Assembly: GCA_048882485.1 (NCBI GenBank) | Contig: JBHLRP010000001.1 | Span: 160,001-224,000, forward strand | DNA length: 64,000 nt | Origin: Candidatus Thorarchaeota archaeon | Lineage (GTDB): Archaea > Asgardarchaeota > Thorarchaeia > Thorarchaeales > Thorarchaeaceae | Direction: 5' to 3' | Shown here: piece by piece, positions 39,448-47,250 of the stretch | Layout: each line of letters begins with the position of its first letter | How positions within the stretch are numbered: position 1 is the first letter of the stretch | The notes under the pieces: generated by a model | Told to the model about the DNA's origin: nothing | Database searches by the model: none | The model's input: the letters and a program-made list of their open reading frames with translations, nothing else | Translations under genes and position numbers: made by a program

Positions 39448-40482
39448 TCACTTCGCCCTATTTCGTCGTCTGGTGACAATGCCAAGTGCTATGAATCCAA
39501 CAATCACACTGAACCACAGCGTGACGAATCGGATGATGATGGTCGCCGCTCCGGTGATAGCTTGGCCAATTTCCCCAGTTAGACCGAGTAAAGCTGGAAT
39601 TAGAATGAGGGCGGTCGCCTCATACCCTCCTAGTCCACCTGGCGTAAAGACAAGAGCACCAATAACTGAGGCTGCACTATGAATGAAGGTGGAGATTAGA
39701 AGTAGGTTTAGAGAACTCGGCTCCAGTGAGGGAAATCCCGCTCCGGTGAGCAGGGACAATAAGAGCCAGAGCTCGACACATTCCATGAACCAGCCTGGAA
39801 TGCTGACTCCTGTACTGACCATCATTGGCTTTGGTGAAAGAGTTGAAGATAATGTGTCCTCAATAAGATCTGTACTGCTCTGGAATCGTTTTAGAGGACC
39901 AAACGATGTCATCTTTTTCAGGAATTTATTATAGAACCTAGGTTGACTCAGGAAAATGGCACCTACCAAGACAACTCCACCAAGAAGGATAAGGGTGAGG
40001 ATTTGATCTGCCGCTGATACACCCAGTGCGAATCCAACAAGGGCCAGTAGTATCATAGCAAGCAAATCAGTGACTCTCTCTGACACCACCACTGGGACTG
40101 TCTTTGCAATAGGTGTGCCATCGAGTTCGTTAATGAAATAGCCTTTGATGGCTTCACCGATTTTACCTGGACTCGCAGTAAGTGTGAAGCCCGCCAAGAA
40201 GATACTGAAACTGTCGGCATGAGAAAGGCTTACTCCGATTCTTCCCAAATAGTATTGCCACTTGAAATAGCGAAAGATGTAATTCAGAAAAGATAACACC
40301 ATCATCGCTGGGAATACCCACCACCATTCGATTGTAGCAATAGCTGCGGCCACCTCATCATATTTGCTGTAGAAGAAAATAGCAAGATAGATGATGATAG
40401 CAACCATCACGAAAACCACGAGGTGCCGAAGATTGATGAAGGACGACTCTTTTTGCTGGCTTGCCTCATTGTTCTCGATCAT
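39448..40482 (-). CDS. Lysylphosphatidylglycerol synthase TM-domain / UPF0104 flippase-like membrane protein
   Basis: FRYFKWQYYL, SPGKIGEAIK, ERVTDL, TPGGLGGYEA and IRFVTLW motifs; about 8 TM helices; ATG 40482 overlaps the PHP stop (ATGA). Confidence 0.85.
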   Translation of the reverse strand: MIENNEASQQKESSFINLRHLVVFVMVAIIIYLAIFFYSKYDEVAAAIATIEWWWVFPAMMVLSFLNYIFRYFKWQYYLGRIGVSLSHADSFSIFLAGFTLTASPGKIGEAIKGYFINELDGTPIAKTVPVVVSERVTDLLAMILLALVGFALGVSAADQILTLILLGGVVLVGAIFLSQPRFYNKFLKKMTSFGPLKRFQSSTDLIEDTLSSTLSPKPMMVSTGVSIPGWFMECVELWLLLSLLTGAGFPSLEPSSLNLLLISTFIHSAASVIGALVFTPGGLGGYEATALILIPALLGLTGEIGQAITGAATIIIRFVTLWFSVIVGFIALGIVTRRRNRAK

Positions 40483-41159
40483 GGTGGCCACTTCCTCAGC
40501 CTCTGCCATATGAAACCAGGAATATGAACATAGAAGAAAGATACATGCCCTGTGATCTGAGTCCTCCCCCTACGAAGCTCCTCATAGATGTCGTCAGCAG
40601 TCTCTATGTCCTGCAGCCAAGTTTTGCCATGGCCTACTTCTCTACCAAAATGCCCGTCACTTCCAGCTGTCATTGGTTTGCCAAGCCGCCTAGCCAGACG
40701 CTGAGCTTTTGTGTTGTGGATGGGGAGAAGACAACGGGAATTTATGCCCTCAATGAGATCCACATGCTCGCTGATTAGGTCCTCAGGGAGCATCTTTCGA
40801 ACAGCAGTTTGCTTCCGAAAGGGATCCTTTGGATGAGGCAGAATTGTCAGAGCGTTCTGATCGTGGATGTCATCTGCTATTTCTTCAAACGTTCGATTCT
40901 CAATCGGTTCAGTGACGAACAGACCAATCAGCTCGCCGTGGTCAGAGGATTTGTACTCACAACCGTTGATGAGAAACTTATCATTCCTGACAATAGGCTT
41001 GAAGATGGACGGCTGCCAATGCTCAGTAAGTGCCATGCCCCTTAGCCCTTTCTTCCTCATCAGCTTGAACAGATTCGCCGGCCTATTCAACCCATCCTTC
41101 GAGAATAGGGTGTGCGTATGAAGGTCAAAGGCTGAGAGGCGCGTGCTCATCTGCAACAC
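40479..41159 (-). CDS. PHP-domain metal-dependent phosphoesterase
   Basis: DLHTHTLFSKDG, ALTEH, GCE, PHP and AGSDGH metal-ligand motifs. Confidence 0.9.
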   Translation of the reverse strand: MLQMSTRLSAFDLHTHTLFSKDGLNRPANLFKLMRKKGLRGMALTEHWQPSIFKPIVRNDKFLINGCEYKSSDHGELIGLFVTEPIENRTFEEIADDIHDQNALTILPHPKDPFRKQTAVRKMLPEDLISEHVDLIEGINSRCLLPIHNTKAQRLARRLGKPMTAGSDGHFGREVGHGKTWLQDIETADDIYEELRRGRTQITGHVSFFYVHIPGFIWQRLRKWPP

Positions 41160-42155
41160 CTATGGAAGCGCTTCAGGGGGCGGGAAAATAACCTGAATGA
41201 ATTCGAATACAGGCTGCCAGAAGAACATCGTGAATAGTAATGTTCCAAGGAAAATTATGCTTCCGACAAGAATCCCCAGGTCTTTGAAGGCTAGATGTGG
41301 CTTTCGGCCCACTGGACTTCCTGATTGGATGAGGTACACATATCTCATTATAAGTCCTGCAGCTATTGGAACTGTCATCATGACAGGCTGAGCGACTGGG
41401 TTTGGAAAGTTATTGTATACATAGAGCGCGTAGAAGAGCACAAACCAAGTGGCTGACATAGTAATTCCTTGGTCCAGCATTCTGTCCGTATACTGATCAA
41501 ACACCTCTTTGTGAGCCTCAGCATCTTCACCTAGGAGTTGTAACTCGTTCTTTCGCTTCCCGAATCCCAGAATCAGTGCGAAGAAGAATATACCCACTAC
41601 CAGCCAGGATGTGAATGGAACGCCGATGAGAAAAGTGCCTCCAATTGCTCTGAGGATGAATCCCACTGCGAGGATGACTACATCAACAACAGCCCATTGG
41701 CGAAGGAAGTGGTTGTATAGTTGAGCATTGACAATATACAGGATGACAATGAGTAGGAAGAGACCTCCCACAGCTCCCACTCGATAATACGCTCCGAGCA
41801 TTCCTACACCATAGTATGACAACAAGAGCCCTGCAGCCATGAGGACAGCAGCCAGAATATAGGCTGTCCTCTTCGATGCCCCGCCAGAAGGAAGGGGGCG
41901 ATTCTTTTTCTCAGGATGGGCTGAGTCCTTTTCCATGTCTGAAATGTCATTAATGATGTATCCCGCACTTGATACAAAGCAAAGTGCAACGAATCCAAGA
42001 ATAAGTAGGGGATAGTTCGCCCAGTCGAATATTGCTGGTAGCTTCTCCCATGGCCATTGCTGTGGAATCTCCACGAAAATCACTGCAATGAAGACAAGCA
42101 AGTTCTTGTACCACTGCCATGGGCGCATTAATTTGATGTAGTCCTTAGCTGCCAT
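41160..42155 (-). CDS. UbiA-family polyprenyl-phosphate phosphoribosyltransferase (DPPR synthase-like)
   Basis: MRPWQWYKNLLVF, YIINDISD.EKD..HPEKKNRPLPSG, GFILRAIGG and GKRKNEL motifs, characteristic of the Rv3806c-like UbiA subfamily. Confidence 0.85.
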   Translation of the reverse strand: MAAKDYIKLMRPWQWYKNLLVFIAVIFVEIPQQWPWEKLPAIFDWANYPLLILGFVALCFVSSAGYIINDISDMEKDSAHPEKKNRPLPSGGASKRTAYILAAVLMAAGLLLSYYGVGMLGAYYRVGAVGGLFLLIVILYIVNAQLYNHFLRQWAVVDVVILAVGFILRAIGGTFLIGVPFTSWLVVGIFFFALILGFGKRKNELQLLGEDAEAHKEVFDQYTDRMLDQGITMSATWFVLFYALYVYNNFPNPVAQPVMMTVPIAAGLIMRYVYLIQSGSPVGRKPHLAFKDLGILVGSIIFLGTLLFTMFFWQPVFEFIQVIFPPPEALP

Positions 42156-42170
42156 TTCTGATCCTCCATC

Positions 42171-43250
42171 CTATTCTGAATATGATTTCCAAAGTTCTCC
42201 CCATTCGGTTTCCTCAAGGAACCAGTTTACCCATTTCTTGCCCTTTAGTGGAAGCCAGATGCCATCATGATACAGTCCGGAGAGCTGTGTGGGAAGCCAC
42301 ATTAGGGGCGAGCGGAAAAGGAATTGCTCCATGCCCGGAAATCGTAGGAATCCTCTATTCCAAGCGATTACTGGCGATTTGCCTGGACTCATATGGAAAT
42401 TGGGCAAATCCTTCCATGACTCGTAGTCACCAACAATCTCAATGTCCTCAGGATCTGCGCTCCCCAGTCCTAGGCTGTCAGCAATCTGAAGCTTATGAAC
42501 ACAATTTAGATCTAATCCCATGATTCTGGATTGTACCGTATCAGCAGCTACCATGTCGTTTGTAGCGATTAGCAGATTCCCAATCTTTGGAATCATTGTT
42601 CGTGGTCCTGCCCCGTCCCCCATGACAGTCCCATCAGTAAGAACAAACTCAGAGTTGGAGATCGTCTGCTGAAGCAAAAGCAGATCAACCAGCACCTCAT
42701 GGATCTTGAGATGGGCAAGGTGTCTCTTTTTGGTCAAATAAAGCCCAAATGAGTCCTTGAGAGCCCCTGTCATCTGAGTATGCCCATGAGTCTTCACAGT
42801 TGGAAGATGAATAATGTTGGTCCCAAAGATTTCTTTCGGAGCGATTATCTCACCAAAGACATCCTCAAGAACTAGGGTCTTCTGAGGGAGCTTCACGTCA
42901 ACATAGGTTGCCTCAATGAGTGGGAGGAACTTGATTCGATGTTTCTTTATCACAGGATACCAGTTATTCCCCCTAGTGCCAGCATAAATGTTTGTGACAA
43001 CGGTTTCATTCTCGACCGCTTGAATGTTGCGCGGTGAATAGCCATCGGCTATCATTTTTCTCAGAAGGCCATCGAATACATAGGGATTAGTTGAGCAGGC
43101 AGGATAGAACTTTGACCAAGATAGATTGAGCTTGATGGTAGTTGCGACATTCTTTGAAACATGTTTCTGATATTCAGCCTCATCGAGGAGGCGACCAATG
43201 TCGTCAAAGATTGTCTTTGGAGTGGTGTTTACAACAGCTACCTTGGGCAT
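42171..43250 (-). CDS. DUF362 domain protein
   Basis: TIKLNLSW...STNP, IHLPTVKTHGHTQMTGALKDSFG, DG...GAGP and DMVAADTV; no fused ferredoxin domain. Confidence 0.85.
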   Translation of the reverse strand: MPKVAVVNTTPKTIFDDIGRLLDEAEYQKHVSKNVATTIKLNLSWSKFYPACSTNPYVFDGLLRKMIADGYSPRNIQAVENETVVTNIYAGTRGNNWYPVIKKHRIKFLPLIEATYVDVKLPQKTLVLEDVFGEIIAPKEIFGTNIIHLPTVKTHGHTQMTGALKDSFGLYLTKKRHLAHLKIHEVLVDLLLLQQTISNSEFVLTDGTVMGDGAGPRTMIPKIGNLLIATNDMVAADTVQSRIMGLDLNCVHKLQIADSLGLGSADPEDIEIVGDYESWKDLPNFHMSPGKSPVIAWNRGFLRFPGMEQFLFRSPLMWLPTQLSGLYHDGIWLPLKGKKWVNWFLEETEWGELWKSYSE

Positions 43251-43616
43251 ATGATTCTCCCTCGAGGCGATTTAATCTCCCGCTATTGAGTCTTTTCGAG
43301 TTGATGGATTGGTCGAATGGGGTGCCCTTAAGAACTTCTCTCTAATTGCAGTTTTGTACCAAGAAGGATGCTCTTAATGCAGCAAATGAAGCTGGAAAGA
43401 GCATTGAAGACTTCTTTATTCGTCTGCAGGAAATAACTACAAGTTCTCTTGAATCACTATATCCTGACCAAGAGAGAAATAGAGTCAAGGAGTTGTTCAA
43501 ATAATGGATACTTTCCCTAATCCTTGGATTTCCCTAGGAATACCTTTGCTAAACACTCTTCTTCTTTTATTGTTGTGCTATTGGTATAACTCCAATAGGA
43601 GAAAGCCAGACAACGA

Positions 43617-44531
43617 TCATTGGCCCGCGTCAATCCCTACTTGTATCACATCTGTCTTCAATCTGTCCTTGAGATGCACAATCTTTGGCTTCACTCGGTT
43701 GTTATATGACGCACTGAACACACTGACTAATTTTCCATCAAAGAACGTCTGAACGCCATCTGGAAAAACTTGGTGCGCTCTGAACATCAAAGCGAGGTCC
43801 AAGGATTCAGCAAATTCATTGAATGCTAGCCGCCCATAGATCCTTGAGCCGCCTCCCCTCCAATTGGGACTGAATCTGAAATCCCCCTCCGCTGGGTCGT
43901 TCCATGTCAATTGGAGCGCAATTGGGTCTTGGAAATCTTCATGGAATCGGTCTACTCTTTGAATCTGCTCAAGCGTATCTACTCCTTCTGGTATTCCTCC
44001 ATGACAGGAGAACACGCCGTTAGAACTCAAGCCTCCCAATGGTAGCACCTTGAATCCTGAGCAATAGATATCAAATACATCTGGTGAGTACCTGGCTGTC
44101 ACCGCATTGTAGAATCCATATGACCTGGCGATACTGTTGGCCTCATGATTGCCCCTTAATGCCATCACTCTGTATGGATATTCAATTGCCACCGAAAACA
44201 CAAGATTGACAGTTTCGATTTGTTGTGGTCCCCTATCCGCATAGTCACCAAGAAATACCATTGTTGCATCCTTACGATTCTGTACAAGTTGTTGAGCAAC
44301 CAGAGCGCTTTGAAGCTCTCCATGCAGATCACCAACGTAGTAAACGTCTCTTCGTGGTGTTTCGACAATATTAGGGAACCCCCTATATTGATCACTCAAG
44401 GTTCCAACCAACTGCTCTATTTCCTCTGCAGTGAGGTCAACTTTACCCTCTAGGACTCGCTTTGCAAGATGCATCTCAAATAAATACTCATGAGGTGTCC
44501 TAAAGAACTTGGCTCTTGGCGCTAATCCCAC
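43617..44531 (-). CDS. Ser/Thr protein phosphatase, PPP family (metallophosphoesterase)
   Basis: GDLHG, GDYADRG, LRGNHE, CHGG, WNDP, RAHQ and VFSASY; alternative start ATG 44474. Confidence 0.92.
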   Translation of the reverse strand: MGLAPRAKFFRTPHEYLFEMHLAKRVLEGKVDLTAEEIEQLVGTLSDQYRGFPNIVETPRRDVYYVGDLHGELQSALVAQQLVQNRKDATMVFLGDYADRGPQQIETVNLVFSVAIEYPYRVMALRGNHEANSIARSYGFYNAVTARYSPDVFDIYCSGFKVLPLGGLSSNGVFSCHGGIPEGVDTLEQIQRVDRFHEDFQDPIALQLTWNDPAEGDFRFSPNWRGGGSRIYGRLAFNEFAESLDLALMFRAHQVFPDGVQTFFDGKLVSVFSASYNNRVKPKIVHLKDRLKTDVIQVGIDAGQ

Positions 44532-45022
44532 CCCAGGGCATTGAATGCCTTTTCAACAGCATCTTGTGGAGATTCAGCGGGCAGGACCACATCATCCCTT
44601 CTCTCATCTATCTTTGTTCCAGCCAAGCGCTTTGCCCATCCGCCTGACGGCACTAGTGCAATGACTGGTCTGTCAGAAAACCAAGCAATTGCCATCTCGC
44701 TCAATGTTCCAGCGGATCCTGCAATTGCTATAACCGCATCCCCTGTCTTGGCAACCAAGAAGTTCCTAGCATATCCCATTCCCGTGGGAACAGCAATGTC
44801 CACATACTTGTTGGCATGTTCTTTGAAGTCAGTAGGAAGAATTCCAATGGTAGTGCCTCCATGCCTCTTTGCTCCTCTGCAAGCGGCTTCCATCACGCCA
44901 CCTAGTCCACCGCAGACAACAGCGGCACCACGTTTTGCTATCTCTTCACCTACCGCTTCAGCTAAGTCTAGGACACTCTCATCGCTATCGGATCCACCTA
45001 TCACGGAAATACTCCTTATCAT
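44522..45022 (-). CDS. TIGR00725 / LOG-family Rossmann-fold nucleotide-binding protein
   Basis: ISVIGG, VCGGLGGVMEAACRGAK..GG.TIGILP, TGMGYARN and GSAGTLSEMA. Likely start ATG 45022 (ORF track 45127 overlaps the upstream gene). Confidence 0.9.
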   Translation of the reverse strand: MIRSISVIGGSDSDESVLDLAEAVGEEIAKRGAAVVCGGLGGVMEAACRGAKRHGGTTIGILPTDFKEHANKYVDIAVPTGMGYARNFLVAKTGDAVIAIAGSAGTLSEMAIAWFSDRPVIALVPSGGWAKRLAGTKIDERRDDVVLPAESPQDAVEKAFNALGWD

Positions 45023-45032
45023 AGGATTCACA

Positions 45033-46154
45033 CTACTGGTCTTGTTCTTGAGATTGAATTCTTCTAGCAATAGACTCGTAATCAATCTCGGAAAGCCTGC
45101 CGTCTTGCAATCTACGGTTGGCTTCATCCAGTAGTGTCCAGGAAACTCCCTTCTTGATATATCCTAGCCTCGTGAGTCTTTCCTCAAGGAGTGGCTTGCT
45201 GCTCAGGTCATGGGGCAGGTCAATTTTTGAACATCTTGATGCTCGGTATAGCTGCTTCTCAACGTGGTCTGGAATCTCTCGAGTTGCTAGTGCGTAGATT
45301 TTGGCCAAGGTCAATAACGCTCTTGTACTAAGGTCTTCTGATGACCATCCTGCATCTGTTCCTACTATGCAGATCTTCGACCTCCGCACGCATTTCTTGA
45401 GACAATACTGGCATATCACTGGTTCAAGAATGGCATCTCCCATTGAAAGCTCAATCCTCATAGTTCCTTCATCAAGTTCCAAGATACAATGTGTACTTGT
45501 TGAGCTGATACCAAATGCCTCCGCGTTCTTCTTGATTATCATTATCTCTTCATTCGAATTCGGAGGCAATTGATTAGGACTGGAAATCGGTTGCTGTGCG
45601 GGACATGCATCTTCAGTCAATAGTGCTACGAACGGGAGGTTTCTATTGGAATCGCCACTTCGCAGCATCGAAGCCAGAGAGCCTATGGTTTCTCCAACGC
45701 TTTCCAAATGGCGAATTAGGGGCTGAACTCCCATTACATTTGCAATGTGCTTAACCGCCTCTTCAGTTCCTTGACTGTTTCCTACAATGACCACAATCAG
45801 GAATGCTCTAGACTTCTCAGTGAGAGTCCTATACAAATCAAGGAATGAGTCTGCTTCTTCCGGTCTTAACACAATTATCGCCCCCCTGTGCCCTCTCATG
45901 AATGTTTGAGTGAGGCCTGGAAACCTCTCCGTTATGGGCAATGCCCACAATTGGAGTACAGCTTCTCCACCATCGTCTAGCCTACTCCTAGATACTCCAA
46001 TGCCTACTCCAACTGTGGAGTGCAGCTGATATGCTACGACACCTTCCGAAGCAATATTGAGAAATCCTGTTTGCAGAGCGGAATTCACTCCAAGAACCAA
46101 AGCCTTGTACATGACCCTGGCTCCGTCAGGGATTTCTTCTGAAGGACGATACAC
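45033..46154 (-). CDS. Degenerate Rab-like small GTPase domain fused to a Cys-rich domain
   Basis: YKALVLG...STVGVG...VLQLW.....ERFPGLTQTFMRGHRGAIIV follows the Rab consensus, but G1 and G3 are substituted; C-terminal CQYCLKKC...C. Confidence 0.65.
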   Translation of the reverse strand: MYRPSEEIPDGARVMYKALVLGVNSALQTGFLNIASEGVVAYQLHSTVGVGIGVSRSRLDDGGEAVLQLWALPITERFPGLTQTFMRGHRGAIIVLRPEEADSFLDLYRTLTEKSRAFLIVVIVGNSQGTEEAVKHIANVMGVQPLIRHLESVGETIGSLASMLRSGDSNRNLPFVALLTEDACPAQQPISSPNQLPPNSNEEIMIIKKNAEAFGISSTSTHCILELDEGTMRIELSMGDAILEPVICQYCLKKCVRRSKICIVGTDAGWSSEDLSTRALLTLAKIYALATREIPDHVEKQLYRASRCSKIDLPHDLSSKPLLEERLTRLGYIKKGVSWTLLDEANRRLQDGRLSEIDYESIARRIQSQEQDQ

Positions 46155-46449
46155 GGGTTCTCCTTCTCATAGACGAAAAAATAGCTATGGGTCATGGATG
46201 TCATGCTTGTAGGTGGCTAAATACGCTCAAACGTAACAGGAAAGTGAGTCCCAAGGTTTAGGAGATGGAATCTTGCGAAGCTCACGGTTCAACAGGCGTT
46301 ATCTGAAGAAATCAAGTCAGATGCCTATGCGGCAATATGCAGATTTTCCAAGGGTAATTCCGCAGAGCATGATATACAAGAAAGATGCCTGAGTTTCATG
46401 CAATAGGATAACCTTATTCAGCCGAATCATTACTTTCTCCCTGATTAGG

Positions 46450-46809
46450 ATGGTCAAAGTATATAGAGCGTCTGAGGTCGATCTGAAGGGTCGAGCCGGC
46501 TATGGGGTTAAATACGTTGCAGACATTGGCTTCACAAGCCCAATCGAGAATGCTGGTTTCATTCTTGTTAAGATTCCACCCGACAAGAAGACTACTCCTC
46601 ATGCGCATGGATATCTCGAAGAAGCCTTTGTGATCATGAATCCCACAAGGATGGGAGTTGATGAAACACTCTATGACCTGAATGAGGGAGATGTGGTCTT
46701 GGTCCAGCCAGGTGAGCGACATTGGTTTGAAACGCCTGATGGTGAAGATGTTACCATAATCGCAGTGAAATTGCCAAACTTGAAAAATGACAAGATAGAA
46801 ACTGATTGA
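46450..46809 (+). CDS. Cupin domain protein
   Basis: PHAHGYLEEAF...GDVVLVQPGERHWF cupin metal motifs. Confidence 0.9.
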   Translation: MVKVYRASEVDLKGRAGYGVKYVADIGFTSPIENAGFILVKIPPDKKTTPHAHGYLEEAFVIMNPTRMGVDETLYDLNEGDVVLVQPGERHWFETPDGEDVTIIAVKLPNLKNDKIETD

Positions 46810-46814
46810 ATCTT

Positions 46815-47225
46815 CTAGTAGTCTTCTTCCTCATAATCCCTGAACATCATATCTAGGCGGTCCCTTCTTGCGGGATTGCGTGATTCAGGAAAAGACCTCT
46901 TGAGAATGCCATCAAGCTCCCTCCAGTCCTCCTGCCGTTTCTTCCTACCATACACACCTGCCAGAGTAATCACAATATATGATATGGCGCCCACGATGTA
47001 GAGATCCGTCCTTGAATCAAAGATCGATGACATTATTGCCATCGCAAGCACGGCGATACCCCCCACAATCATTGTGTTGATGAAGCAGTCGCATCTTAAT
47101 TCCATTTCCGGAGGTCCAATAAGGAAATCATCAGGGTCCGATCCAGGAGCACGATTGAGGATATAATTGAACCAAGAAGCAAACAGCACTCCACCAAGAA
47201 TGCCTAACGCTACGACTGGGTTCAC
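46815..47225 (-). CDS. Hypothetical membrane protein
   Basis: Three hydrophobic helices and a charged tail; lies 25 bp downstream of the PIN gene on the same strand. Confidence 0.7.
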   Translation of the reverse strand: MNPVVALGILGGVLFASWFNYILNRAPGSDPDDFLIGPPEMELRCDCFINTMIVGGIAVLAMAIMSSIFDSRTDLYIVGAISYIVITLAGVYGRKKRQEDWRELDGILKRSFPESRNPARRDRLDMMFRDYEEEDY

Positions 47226-47250
47226 TTTTCACACATCCAATTTGCACAAA

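Noticed and set aside
45023-45127. N-terminal extension of the TIGR00725 ORF
   Set aside because: It overlaps the 3' end of the pseudo-GTPase gene; family similarity begins at the Met at 45022.
44541-45134. 197-aa plus-strand ORF and the many other 60-190 aa ORFs nested in larger genes
   Set aside because: Antisense or alternate-frame shadows of well-supported genes, with no recognisable motifs.
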